Source: Polyangia bacterium (GTDB lineage Bacteria; Myxococcota_A; Polyangia; JAHFDS01; DATFWX01). From it: 64,000 nt of DNA. The translations under genes were made by a program, and so were the position numbers. The stretch is from the NCBI GenBank assembly GCA_035258845.1, contig DATFWX010000142.1, positions 2,706 through 66,705 on the forward strand. The letters are read 5' to 3'. Positions 31,095-40,314 of this stretch are shown here, in pieces. The notes beneath the pieces are model-generated. The model did not search any database. It was not told the DNA's origin and saw only the letters and a list, made by a program, of their open reading frames with translations. Position 1 is the stretch's first letter, and each line of letters begins with the position of its first letter.

Positions 31095-32761
31095 TCCGAG
31101 TGCTCGGCCGCCTGCTCGCAGTGGCCGGCGCGGGGACCGCTCTGTACGCGCTGGGCCGCTACGCGAGCGTGCACAAGATCGACGACAAGTATCGCCTGCT
31201 GGGCGCCGAGTGGGGCTACAAGCTCTCGAGCGGCGAGCTGATCCTGTACCTCGGCTGTGCGGTCGCGGGCGGCTTCGCGACCGTGCTTCTGACGCGTGCG
31301 CTCGGGCCCGCGGTGGGCGAGCGGCTGGGGCGGCTCCTGGCTGCGCGGCGGGCGCCCCTTGTGCTGGCGGCCTTCGCGGTCGCGGCCCCGATCGCAACCG
31401 GCGCCGCGTTCGGGCGCGCGCACGTGTATCCCGAGGAGAGCGGTTGTGAGCTGGCCGCACGAGCGCTCGCGCGCGGGCGGCTCAGCGTGCCCAGTCCGCC
31501 CGATCCGGACGCGCTCGACTACCCATTTGTCGACGACCTCGCGGGCCGCCGGTTTGGCGTGTGCGGCCCGCTCGCGGCCGCGCTGGTGGCGGCGGGGCGC
31601 TCGCTGGGTCGAGCCTGGTGGGTCGTGCCGGCGCTGCTTGCGGGCCTGGTCGTGCTTTTCGCCGCCGGGCTGGGCCGCGAGCTGGCCGATCCGGAGGCAC
31701 CCGAAACCGCCGGCCTGGCGGCGGCGCTGTGCGCCCTTTCGCCGGCGCTGCTGGCGACCGCGACCACGACCGCAGCGCAAGTGGCATCGACGCTGTTCTG
31801 CCTGGGCGCGGTTCGTTACGGCGTCGCTCTGGTGAGCCGGGGCGAGCGCGCCGACGCGGTCAAGGCCGGCCTGTGCGCGGGCGCCGGGCTTCTCGTGGCG
31901 CCGCTCGACATCGTGTTCGTGCTGGCGCCGCTGTGCGCGCTGGCGATCTTTCGCCATCGGGCCGCGCTCGGGCTGTTCTTTCGCGAGAGCCTGCCCGCGC
32001 TGCTGGCCGTGATCCCGTTCGCGCTGGCCGCGCTGGCAGCGAACCTCGCGACCACCGGCCGGCCCTTCCGGCTGCCGATGGCGCACTATTTCGGGCGCTG
32101 GGGCGCCCGGCCGCTCGGTTTCGGGCGCGCGCCGTTCGGGCTGCCCGACCACACGGCAGCGCTGGGCCTGGGCAAGCTGGCGGCGGCGCTGGTGCGGCTT
32201 GATCAATGGCTCTATGGCTGGCCGCTCTCGCTGGCGGCGCCGCTCGGGCTGCTCCTGCTGCTGGGCGTGGGCATGCGCGAAGCGGTGCTGCTCATGCCCG
32301 TGTGCGGGCTGGCGCTGATGGTTTTCGCGTCCCCGGGTGCGGGCGGCGCGGTCACCGGTCCGCTCGTGCTGGTGCCAGCGGTGCCGCTGCTCGCTGTTGC
32401 GACCGCGCGCGTGCTGGCGCGTCTGCGTCCGCGCCTGGGGGGCTGGCCGCTCGCGGCCGCTCTGGCAGCCACGCTGTGCGCGGCCGGCGGGTTCTGGCGC
32501 CTGGCCGTGCTGCGCGAGGCGGCCACCCAGGCACAGCAAGCGGCAGCACCTGTACGCGCGGTGCGCGATCGCGGCCTCGAGAGCGCTCTCATCCTGTATG
32601 CGCCCGGCTCCCTCGAGTACGTTCCGCCCGCGCTCACGCTCGATGATCCGATCATCTTTGCGCGCGAGCCGGCGGCTCCCACCGTGCGCGCCTGGCTGCC
32701 GGGCCGTCGTGTGTGGCGCTACTTTTTCATGGGCGCGGGCGAGCTCGTTCCCTCGGATTGA
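31091..32761 (+). CDS. Polytopic integral membrane protein (possible GT-C/ArnT-like or DUF2029-like)
   Basis: ATG overlaps the upstream stop (ATGA). There are more than 10 hydrophobic helices. No soluble catalytic motif recognised. Confidence 0.55.
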   Translation: MIRVLGRLLAVAGAGTALYALGRYASVHKIDDKYRLLGAEWGYKLSSGELILYLGCAVAGGFATVLLTRALGPAVGERLGRLLAARRAPLVLAAFAVAAPIATGAAFGRAHVYPEESGCELAARALARGRLSVPSPPDPDALDYPFVDDLAGRRFGVCGPLAAALVAAGRSLGRAWWVVPALLAGLVVLFAAGLGRELADPEAPETAGLAAALCALSPALLATATTTAAQVASTLFCLGAVRYGVALVSRGERADAVKAGLCAGAGLLVAPLDIVFVLAPLCALAIFRHRAALGLFFRESLPALLAVIPFALAALAANLATTGRPFRLPMAHYFGRWGARPLGFGRAPFGLPDHTAALGLGKLAAALVRLDQWLYGWPLSLAAPLGLLLLLGVGMREAVLLMPVCGLALMVFASPGAGGAVTGPLVLVPAVPLLAVATARVLARLRPRLGGWPLAAALAATLCAAGGFWRLAVLREAATQAQQAAAPVRAVRDRGLESALILYAPGSLEYVPPALTLDDPIIFAREPAAPTVRAWLPGRRVWRYFFMGAGELVPSD

Positions 32762-32807
32762 GCGTTCCGACGCGGCTTGCTAAACTTTGCAGAAACGGAG
32801 GCACCTG

Positions 32808-34415
32808 ATGAATCGCTGCATGCTTGCGCTTGGGCTTATGCTGGTCCTGGGATTCGGACCGGTTCGCTGCGGCAAGGACATGGGCGGCATGGGTGGCAGC
32901 GGCGGCACCGGAGGGAGCGGCGGGTCGGGTGGCAGCGGCGGCGGAGGTGGCGTAGGCGGCGCCGGCGGCACGGGCGGCACCGGAGGGGCCGGCGGCACCG
33001 GCGGCAGCTCGGGAGCCTCGGTGCTCCAGTATCACAACAATCCATCGCGCGACGGGGTCTATGTCGCATCCAATCTGACCCGCGCCGCGGCCGCCAACCT
33101 GCATCGCGACACCAGCTTCAATCCGACCTACATGGGCCCGACCTACGCGCAGCCGTTGTTTCTGGCCGGGTCGGCGGGCGGACGCGATCTCTTGATCGTG
33201 GCCACGGAAGCCAATCAGGTGTCGGCGTTCGACGCCGCCAACGGGCAGGCGGTGTGGCAGCGCGTGCTGGCGCCACCGGTGGCGCTGAGCAGCCTGCCCT
33301 GCGGCAACATCAATCCGATGGGCATCACCGGCACCCCGGTCATCGACGGCGCCACCCGCACCATCTACCTGTCCTCGATGACCAGCGGGCCCAAGCACAT
33401 GATCTACGCGCTCTCGGCCGACGACGGCACGACCAAGAGCGGCTGGCCGGTCGACGTGGGCGCGACCGTGTCGGGCTTCGACTCGAGCGTGCACGGGCAG
33501 CGGGCTGCGCTGGCGCTGATGGGTGGCACCGTATACGTGCCTTACGGCGGCCACTATGGCGACTGCGGCAACTACCACGGCCGCGTGGTTGCGGTCTCGG
33601 TGTCGAATCCGAGCCAGGTCAGCACCTTCAGCACCCGGGCCACCGGCGGCGGCGTGTGGGCGCCCAGCGGCCCTGCCAGCGACGGCACGTCGCTCTATGT
33701 CACCACCGGCAACACCTTCAACACCAGCGGCTGGAGCGACGGTGAGGCGGTGATTCGGCTGGGACCGGGCGCCAGCTTCAGCCAGCAGCCGGCCGACTAC
33801 TTCGCTCCCCCCAACTGGGCCACGCTCGATGCCGGGGACGCCGATCTGGGCGGCACCGCCGCCATCCCGTTCCATCTGGCAGGCGCCACGCCGTCGGAGC
33901 TTCTGGTCGCGCTGGGCAAGGACGGCAACGTCTACCTCATCAACCGCACCAATCTCGGTGGCGTGACGAGCGCTCTCGCCACGTTGCACGTCTCCGGCAG
34001 CTCGATCATCAATGCGGCTGCGGTCTACACCACACCGCAGGGCACCTACGTGGCCTTCCGGGGCCGCGGCATGGGCTGCCCGGGCACGGTGACGGTGGCC
34101 ACGCTGGCCGTGGTCCGGATGAACCCGGCCGCGCCGCCCACGCTCTCGGTGGCCTGGTGCGCCGATCAGCATGGCGCCGGCTCGCCCATGGTGACCACCA
34201 CGGACGGGATGAACGAGTCGATCGTGTGGAGCGTGGGCGCCGAGAACGCCAATCGCCTGTACGGTTTCGCGGGTGACACCGGAGCCTCCGTGTTCGGCGG
34301 CGGCGGCGCCAACGAAGCCCTGGGCACCGTGCGCCGCTTCCAGACGCCGATCGTGGCCAAGGGGCGCATCTACGTGGCCGGGGACACTCAACTCTACGCG
34401 TTTACCACCAACTGA
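32808..34415 (+). CDS. Lipoprotein with Gly/Ser-rich linker and PQQ-type beta-propeller domain
   Basis: RBS GGAGG, then MNRCMLALGLMLVLGFGPVRCG. Linker: (GGSGG)n. Repeated blocks TLYVTTGNT, VYVPYGGHYG and RIYVAGDTQLYAF are PQQ/BamB-like propeller blades. Confidence 0.7.
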   Translation: MNRCMLALGLMLVLGFGPVRCGKDMGGMGGSGGTGGSGGSGGSGGGGGVGGAGGTGGTGGAGGTGGSSGASVLQYHNNPSRDGVYVASNLTRAAAANLHRDTSFNPTYMGPTYAQPLFLAGSAGGRDLLIVATEANQVSAFDAANGQAVWQRVLAPPVALSSLPCGNINPMGITGTPVIDGATRTIYLSSMTSGPKHMIYALSADDGTTKSGWPVDVGATVSGFDSSVHGQRAALALMGGTVYVPYGGHYGDCGNYHGRVVAVSVSNPSQVSTFSTRATGGGVWAPSGPASDGTSLYVTTGNTFNTSGWSDGEAVIRLGPGASFSQQPADYFAPPNWATLDAGDADLGGTAAIPFHLAGATPSELLVALGKDGNVYLINRTNLGGVTSALATLHVSGSSIINAAAVYTTPQGTYVAFRGRGMGCPGTVTVATLAVVRMNPAAPPTLSVAWCADQHGAGSPMVTTTDGMNESIVWSVGAENANRLYGFAGDTGASVFGGGGANEALGTVRRFQTPIVAKGRIYVAGDTQLYAFTTN

Positions 34416-34424
34416 GGTGCAAGC

Positions 34425-34577
34425 ATGCCGTTCGAAAAACCGGATTTCGTCGAGATCAAGATGGACGCCGAGCTGAGCGCCTACCAGGGTGACGACGGAA
34501 GCGAGCCCACGCCGCCGTGGGCCGCGGCCGAGGACAAGCCGCCGGAGCAGCCCGGTAGCGCGCCCGCCGCACGCTGA
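34425..34577 (+). CDS. pqqA: Coenzyme PQQ precursor peptide PqqA (50 aa, C-terminally extended)
   Basis: MPFEKPDFVEIKMDAELSAYQGDD... matches PqqA KP-F-[DE]-[IL]-[KR]-x-[GD]-x-E-[VL]-[ST]-x-Y, with the crosslinked Glu and Tyr spaced E-x3-Y. RBS GAGGTG. Sits directly upstream of pqqB. Confidence 0.6.
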   Translation: MPFEKPDFVEIKMDAELSAYQGDDGSEPTPPWAAAEDKPPEQPGSAPAAR

Positions 34578-34587
34578 GCGGCAACGC

Positions 34588-35490
34588 ATGCGGCTGCGTG
34601 TCCTGGGCTCGGCGGCCGGCGGCGGCTTTCCACAATGGAACTGCGGCTGCCCGAACTGCCGCGCGGCCCGCGCGGGCAGCCCCCATCACAAGCCGCGCAG
34701 CCAGGACTCGCTCGCTGTTTCGAGCGACGGCCAGAGCTGGCTCATCTGCAACGCATCGCCCGACATCCGGCAGCACATCGAGAGCTTCCCGGCGCTCCAT
34801 CCACGCGGCCCGCGCCACTCGCCGATTGCAGGCCTGCTCCTGACCAACGGCGATCTCGACCACTGTCTGGGCCTGTTTTCGCTGCGTGAGTCGCAGCCGC
34901 TGGAGGTATACGCGACCGCCAGCGTCCGGCGCGGCCTGGTCGAGCGCAATGCGATCGCACGCACGCTGGCCCGCTTTCCCGGCCACCTGACCTGGCGCAC
35001 GCTCGAGCTTTCGCGCGCGCTCGAGATCGGCGGCGGGCTCGAGGTGGTGGCGCGTCCGGCGCCGGGCAAGCTGCCCATCCACCTCGAGGGGCTGTGTGCG
35101 CCTTCGCCCGAGGACAATGTGGGGCTGTGGCTGCGCGACCGTGCCCGCGGCCGGGTCGCGGTTTATCTGCCCGGCGTGGCCGCGCTCGAGCCGCCGCTGG
35201 TGGACGCGCTCGGCGAGGCCGACTGCGTGTTTCTCGATGGCACGTTTTTCACGGGCGACGAGCTTGTGCGCCTGGGCCTGGGCGATCGGAGCGCCCAGGA
35301 CATGGCCCATCTGCCCGTGGGCGGCCCTTCCGGCAGCCTCGAGCGCTTGCGTGATCTGCCGGCGCGGCGCCGGATCTTCACGCACATCAACAACACCAAC
35401 CCGCTGTGCGACCAGAGCTCGCCCGAGCACCGTGCCGCCGTCGCGGCGGGCTGGGAAGTGGCTTTCGACGGCCTCGAGGTCGAGGTATGA
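34588..35490 (+). CDS. pqqB: Coenzyme PQQ synthesis protein B
   Basis: MRLRVLGSAAGGGFPQWNCGCPNC is the PqqB N-terminal signature. Metallo-beta-lactamase fold length (about 300 aa). Confidence 0.9.
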   Translation: MRLRVLGSAAGGGFPQWNCGCPNCRAARAGSPHHKPRSQDSLAVSSDGQSWLICNASPDIRQHIESFPALHPRGPRHSPIAGLLLTNGDLDHCLGLFSLRESQPLEVYATASVRRGLVERNAIARTLARFPGHLTWRTLELSRALEIGGGLEVVARPAPGKLPIHLEGLCAPSPEDNVGLWLRDRARGRVAVYLPGVAALEPPLVDALGEADCVFLDGTFFTGDELVRLGLGDRSAQDMAHLPVGGPSGSLERLRDLPARRRIFTHINNTNPLCDQSSPEHRAAVAAGWEVAFDGLEVEV

Positions 35491-36170
35491 ACGACGGTCT
35501 GGTTGCGCGCCTGCGCGACGAGGGCAGCCAGCGCTACCACGATCGCCATCCCTTTCACGTCGCGATGCACGAGGGGCGCCTGGATCGGCGCCAGCTCCAG
35601 GGCTGGGTGCTCAATCGCTACTATTATCAGACCCGCATCCCGATCAAGGACGCGCTCATCCTGTCCAAGTCGGAAGATCCGGCCTTTCGGCGCCTGTGGC
35701 TCCACCGCATCGTCGACCACGATGGCGCGCGCGAGGGCGAGGGTGGCCTCGCCGACTGGCTGCGCCTGGCCGCGGCGGTGGGGCTCGACCCAGCGGCAGT
35801 GCGCTCGTTCGAGGGCGTGCTGCCGGGCGTGCGCGTCGCTTGCGACCGGTACGTCGAGCTGGTGCGCGAGCGCAGCCTGGTGGAGGCGGTGGCGGCCTCG
35901 CTAACCGAGTTCTTCGCGCCCGACCTGATGTCGCGGCGCGTGGCGTCCTGGGAAAAGCACTACCCGTGGGTCGATCGCGACGCGCTGGCCTATTTCAGAA
36001 GCCGCATCCCGCGGGCGCGTCGTGACGCCGAGGAGGCGCTCGCGTTCGTGGTCGAGCGCGCGAACACGCCCGAGCTGGCCGACGGCTGCGTGGCCGCGCT
36101 GGTCGAGAAGTGCCAGCTCCTGTGGGCGCTGCTCGACGCGGTGGCGGGGGCCTACGGGGGCGGCGCGTGA
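35487..36170 (+). CDS. pqqC: Pyrroloquinoline-quinone synthase PqqC
   Basis: YHDRHPFHVAMHEGRLDRRQLQGWVLNRYYYQ, about 227 aa. The ATG overlaps the pqqB stop (ATGA). Confidence 0.9.
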   Translation: MNDGLVARLRDEGSQRYHDRHPFHVAMHEGRLDRRQLQGWVLNRYYYQTRIPIKDALILSKSEDPAFRRLWLHRIVDHDGAREGEGGLADWLRLAAAVGLDPAAVRSFEGVLPGVRVACDRYVELVRERSLVEAVAASLTEFFAPDLMSRRVASWEKHYPWVDRDALAYFRSRIPRARRDAEEALAFVVERANTPELADGCVAALVEKCQLLWALLDAVAGAYGGGA

Positions 36171-36436
36171 ACCGGCCCCGCCTGCGGCCGCACGCGCGGC
36201 TGCGCTGGGACGCGCGCGCAGGCCGCTACCTTTTGCTGTCGCCGGAGCGCGGGCTGCTGCTCAATCCGACTGCGGCCGAAATCGTCAAGCTTTGCACGGG
36301 CGAGCACACGGTGGCCGAGATCGTCGCGCACCTGCAGGCGGCCTGCCCGGCCGAGCCGGCGGAGGCCATCGCCGGCGAGGTGGCGGGGTTTCTCGCGCGC
36401 ATCGCCGAGCGCGGACTGATCGAGGACGCGGCATGA
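36167..36436 (+). CDS. pqqD: PQQ biosynthesis peptide chaperone PqqD
   Basis: GTG overlapping the pqqC stop. 90 aa. YLLLSPERGLLLNPTAAEIVKLCTGEHTVAEIVAHL is a PqqD/RRE fold. Confidence 0.8.
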   Translation: MNRPRLRPHARLRWDARAGRYLLLSPERGLLLNPTAAEIVKLCTGEHTVAEIVAHLQAACPAEPAEAIAGEVAGFLARIAERGLIEDAA

Positions 36437-37539
36437 CGCCGGCCGGGCCGCGGCCATTCACGCTGATTGCCGAGCTGACCTACCGCTGCCCGCTGCGCTG
36501 CCCCTATTGCTCGAACCCGGTCGATCTCGAGCGGCACGCAGCCGAGCTGGAGACCGCGCTGTGGCAGCGCGTGCTGGGCGAGGCGGCCGAGCTGGGTGTC
36601 GTGCAGGTGCACTTCACCGGTGGCGAGCCGCTGGTGCGCGACGACCTCGAGGAGCTGGTGCGGGCGGCGCGTGCGCTCGACCTGTACACGAATCTCATCA
36701 CGAGCGGCCTGCCGCTCGAGCGCGCGCGGCTTGACGAGCTGGCGAAGGCCGGGCTCGATCATGTGCAGCTCTCGATCCAGGACGTCAGCGCGGAGGCTTC
36801 CGACCGCATGGCCGGTCTGCGCTCCTGGGACGCCAAGCTCAAGGTGGCCGAGTGGGTCAAGGCGGCCGGTCGGGCGCTCACGATCAACGTGGTTTTGCAG
36901 CGCGAGAACCTGGATCGGGTGGAGCAGGTGGTGGCGCTGGCCGAGCAGCTGGGCGCCGATCGGCTCGAGCTGGCCAACACGCAGTACCAGGGCTGGGCGC
37001 TGCCGAACCGGGCGGCGCTCCTGCCCACGGCAGCTCAGCTCGAGCGGGCGCGCGCGGCGGCCGAAAGGGCGCGCGCGCGGCTGGCCGGGCGCATGCAGAT
37101 CGCCTTCGTGCTGCCGGATTATTACGCGCAGTGGCCGAAGGCGTGCATGGACGGATGGGGCCAGCGTTTCGTGGTGGTCGCGCCCGATGGGGTCGCGCTG
37201 CCGTGCCACGCCGCTCACACGATTGCAGGCCTGGAGTGGGAGAGCGTGCGCGCGCGCCCGCTGGGCTCGATCTGGCGCGACTCGCCCGGGTTCAATCGCT
37301 TCCGCGGCGACGCCTGGATGCCCGAGCCCTGCCGGAGCTGCCCGCGCAAGAGCATCGATTTCGGGGGCTGCCGCTGCCAGGCCTTTCATCTTCTCGGCGA
37401 CGCCGCGCTGACCGATCCCGCGTGCTCGCTGTCGCCCCATCATGGCTTGATCGAGGCCGCGCGCGCGCAGGCGGCGGCGGCCGAGGAGCGCCCGCAGCTG
37501 CTCTACCGGGGCCCTTTGCGCCGCCCCAGCGGCGGTTGA
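36433..37539 (+). CDS. pqqE: PqqA peptide cyclase PqqE (radical SAM/SPASM)
   Basis: LTYRCPLRCPYCSNP (CxxxCxxC), C-terminal SPASM cysteines (CRSCPRKSIDFGGCRCQAF). Start overlaps the pqqD stop. Confidence 0.9.
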   Translation: MTPAGPRPFTLIAELTYRCPLRCPYCSNPVDLERHAAELETALWQRVLGEAAELGVVQVHFTGGEPLVRDDLEELVRAARALDLYTNLITSGLPLERARLDELAKAGLDHVQLSIQDVSAEASDRMAGLRSWDAKLKVAEWVKAAGRALTINVVLQRENLDRVEQVVALAEQLGADRLELANTQYQGWALPNRAALLPTAAQLERARAAAERARARLAGRMQIAFVLPDYYAQWPKACMDGWGQRFVVVAPDGVALPCHAAHTIAGLEWESVRARPLGSIWRDSPGFNRFRGDAWMPEPCRSCPRKSIDFGGCRCQAFHLLGDAALTDPACSLSPHHGLIEAARAQAAAAEERPQLLYRGPLRRPSGG

Positions 37540-37570
37540 CTCCCGGGCGCGTCGGCGTATCCTCAGCCGC

Positions 37571-38134
37571 GTGGCGGACTATCGCCTCATTGATTTCGTT
37601 CGGGATTTGACGCAGCTGGTCGAGAGCGAGCTGTCGGGCCGGCGCCTCATCGAGGGCACGCGCGCGCTCATGAAGCCGCTGGTCGAAACCGCCGGGCTCA
37701 TCGGCACCGCGCTCGAGCGGCGCACCGATCGCGGCTACTCGCGCAACCTGCTCTACCACGATCCGCACGACCGCTTCGTCGTGATCGCACTGTTCTGGGA
37801 GCCCGGGCACGTAACCCCCATCCACGACCACGGGACCTGGGGCGCAATGGCCGTGTACAAGAACGAGCTCGAGGTGGTCAACTACAAGCGGGTCGACGAT
37901 CGCACACGCCCCGGCTACGCCGAGCTGAGCCACGCCTCGACGCTGCGCGAGCGCACGGGCAGCGTGTCATGGGTTTTGCCGCCGGACGAAGAGATCCACC
38001 ACATCGCAAATCCGACCGACCGCACTGCGCTGTCTCTCCACGTCTACGGGAACGACATCCGCGCTTGCAACATCTACCACCGCGAGAGCGGTCGCATCGA
38101 GCGCATCGAGCTGGGCTACGACAACTTCGCGTGA
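37571..38134 (+). CDS. Cupin-fold thiol dioxygenase (cysteine dioxygenase type I-like)
   Basis: VIALFWEPGHVTPIHDHGTWGAMAVYKNELE gives a 3-His cupin site pattern (H...HDH) with CDO-like spacing. 187 aa. Confidence 0.65.
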   Translation: MADYRLIDFVRDLTQLVESELSGRRLIEGTRALMKPLVETAGLIGTALERRTDRGYSRNLLYHDPHDRFVVIALFWEPGHVTPIHDHGTWGAMAVYKNELEVVNYKRVDDRTRPGYAELSHASTLRERTGSVSWVLPPDEEIHHIANPTDRTALSLHVYGNDIRACNIYHRESGRIERIELGYDNFA

Positions 38135-38146
38135 CCGAGTCGCCCC

Positions 38147-39310
38147 GTGGGCACGATCTATCTGGACCACAACGCCACCACCCGCACCCACCCGGACGTG
38201 GTGCGCGAGATGGTGCGCGTGCTCGACCGGGAGTTCGGCTCGCCACAGAGCCTGCACGCGCTGGGCCGGCGCGCGCGCGACACCGTCGAGCGGGCACGCG
38301 AGATCCTGGCCCACCACCTGCGTGCGCGGCCGGCCGAGACCATCTTCACCTCGGGCGGCACCGAAGCCGACAACCTGGCGCTGGTCGGGGCCGCGCTGGC
38401 GGGCGAGGCGTCGGGCCGGCGGCACCTGGTGACCTCCGCGATCGAGCACCACGCGGTTCTGGTGCCGCTCCAGTTCTTGCAGCAACGAGGCTTTGCGCTT
38501 TCGGTGGTGCCGGTTGACGGCCAGGGCCTGGTCGATCCCGACGACGTGCGGCGCGCGCTGCGGCCCGACACCGCGCTGGTGAGCGTGATGGCGGCCAACA
38601 ACGAGGTCGGCACCATCCAGCCGGTGGCCGAGATCGGGCGCCTTCTGCGCGAGCACGCTCCGCACGTGGTGTTTCACTGCGACGCCGTGCAGGCGCTTGG
38701 CAAGCTGCCCATCGACGTGCAGGCCTGGAACGTCGACCTTCTGGCGGTGGCCGCCCACAAAGTGTACGGGCCCAAAGGCGTGGGCGCCCTGTACGTTCGC
38801 AAGGGCACCAAGCTGGTGCCGCTGGTGCGCGGCGGCCACCACGAGAAGGGTCGGCGCGCGGGCACCGAGAACGTGGCCGGCATCGCCGGCTTCGGTCGGG
38901 CCATCGAACTCTACGAGGCGGGCGGCCTGGGCTCGCCGGATGAGGTCGGGCAGCTGCGCGATCGGCTCGAGCGGCGCCTGGGCGAGGCGGTGGGCGACGT
39001 GCGCGTGAACGGCCATCCGCAGGCGCGCCTGGCCAATACGCTCAACATGAGCTTCCGCGGCGTCGAAGGCGAGAGCGTGATCGTCGATCTGGATCTGGAA
39101 GGAGTCGAGGTGTCGGGCGGCTCGGCCTGCACGTCCGCCGAGATCGAGGTCTCGCACGTGCTGGCTGCGATGGCGCTCGATCGCCGCGACATGCAAGCCG
39201 CCGTGCGCTTCTCGCTGGGCTGGGAGAACACGCAGGAAGAGATCGACCGGGTGGTGGATCTGTGCGCGGCCATTGTCGCCAAGCTGCGCCGCCTAAAGAG
39301 GAGACCCTGA
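38147..39310 (+). CDS. Cysteine desulfurase (NifS/IscS class, PLP-dependent)
   Basis: IYLDHNATT, TSGGTEADN, AHKVYGPKGVGALYV (PLP-Lys), SGGSACTSA (active Cys loop). Confidence 0.85.
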   Translation: MGTIYLDHNATTRTHPDVVREMVRVLDREFGSPQSLHALGRRARDTVERAREILAHHLRARPAETIFTSGGTEADNLALVGAALAGEASGRRHLVTSAIEHHAVLVPLQFLQQRGFALSVVPVDGQGLVDPDDVRRALRPDTALVSVMAANNEVGTIQPVAEIGRLLREHAPHVVFHCDAVQALGKLPIDVQAWNVDLLAVAAHKVYGPKGVGALYVRKGTKLVPLVRGGHHEKGRRAGTENVAGIAGFGRAIELYEAGGLGSPDEVGQLRDRLERRLGEAVGDVRVNGHPQARLANTLNMSFRGVEGESVIVDLDLEGVEVSGGSACTSAEIEVSHVLAAMALDRRDMQAAVRFSLGWENTQEEIDRVVDLCAAIVAKLRRLKRRP

Positions 39311-40176
39311 TGAGCGGACAGGCCGAACACAACCGCCGGCTGCTCGAAGAGATCCTGCGCGCCAACGCCGGCCGCACGGATGTCGGCATGGTCGGCACCA
39401 CGCGCGCGACCGAGCAGCAGATCGAGTCGTTCGCCACCGGTTCCTGGAAGGCCGAAACCACAGCGCTGTCCTACTCGTTCGTGGTCAAGCAGGTGCTCGA
39501 GCGCCGCCGCCCGTTCGCGGTCATGAACATGTACTCGGCCGCCGAGTGCGACGCCGACGAGCACAAGATCGAAACGGGCGTGCAGGCCGCCTTTGGCGAG
39601 GGCACCTACGAAAGGCGCTGGATGATGGGCCAGCTCAACCAGCGACGCGGCGAGGTGGCCTGTCCCAAGTGGAGTGGGCTCTACCTGTTCAAAGAGGGCA
39701 ATCCGTATGTGGTCATCGCGCCGCCGGCCGACATGGCTGCGCGCGGGCTCGCGCCCGAGGTCGTGCACACCGTGCTCCCGGTCGAGCTGCGCTTCACGAT
39801 CGAGGGCAGCGAGGCGCGTGCCGAGACCGACCCGGGCGCGCGCGGCATGACCTATCTGCTCGAGCACGCGCGCGGCATGGAGGAGGCGCGCCAGCAGTAC
39901 CGGCGCATTCTCGACCGGCTCGAGGATGCGGTCATGGGCGTCGGCGTCGAAACCTACTCGTTCTGCCGGCGCGCCTTCGAGCTGTGGAGCCGGCGCAACG
40001 CCTCCGGCGTGGACCTGGCCGAGATCTGCATGGGCAGCCAGTTCCGCAGCTACATCGGTGTCATGCGCGGGCAGCTCGCAACGCCCTGGGACATCCGCCG
40101 CCTGATCTGCCTCAACCTGCGTTACGACCGGTTCGTGGAGTTCTTCGGCGCGCAGGCGCTCAAGCTGCGCACGTAA
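39310..40176 (+). CDS. Hypothetical protein (289 aa) translationally coupled to the cysteine desulfurase gene
   Basis: The ATG overlaps the upstream stop. Coding-like GC3. No recognised family. Confidence 0.5.
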   Translation: MSGQAEHNRRLLEEILRANAGRTDVGMVGTTRATEQQIESFATGSWKAETTALSYSFVVKQVLERRRPFAVMNMYSAAECDADEHKIETGVQAAFGEGTYERRWMMGQLNQRRGEVACPKWSGLYLFKEGNPYVVIAPPADMAARGLAPEVVHTVLPVELRFTIEGSEARAETDPGARGMTYLLEHARGMEEARQQYRRILDRLEDAVMGVGVETYSFCRRAFELWSRRNASGVDLAEICMGSQFRSYIGVMRGQLATPWDIRRLICLNLRYDRFVEFFGAQALKLRT

Positions 40177-40279
40177 CTCGTGGCGCCGATACGAGCGCGG
40201 CAGCTCAGCGCCCATCGCCGCGCGGCCCGAGCCCGACGGCTCGAGCACGCCGCGAACACCCGCCTATTGCCGCCTGCGC

Positions 40280-40308
40280 TTGACACAACGCGTCACGTTG
40301 ATTATGTC
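40280..40308 (+). promoter_or_regulatory. Sigma70-like promoter candidate TTGACA-N17-TATGTC upstream of the thiolase gene
   Basis: TTGACA at 40280-40285, TATGTC at 40303-40308, 7 nt before ATG 40315. Confidence 0.25.
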
Positions 40309-40314
40309 GGGGGC

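Noticed and set aside
30995-32539. 514-aa minus-strand ORF
   Set aside because: It runs antisense to the polytopic membrane protein gene, and its translation is low-complexity with no recognisable motif.
32727-34589. 620-aa minus-strand ORF over the PQQ-propeller lipoprotein and pqqA
   Set aside because: Antisense artefact. The plus-strand genes have RBS, lipobox and PqqA signature.
36226-37443. 405-aa minus-strand ORF
   Set aside because: It runs antisense to pqqE, and its translation is low-complexity with no recognisable motif.
37967-39196. 409-aa minus-strand ORF
   Set aside because: It runs antisense to the cysteine desulfurase gene, and its translation is low-complexity with no recognisable motif.
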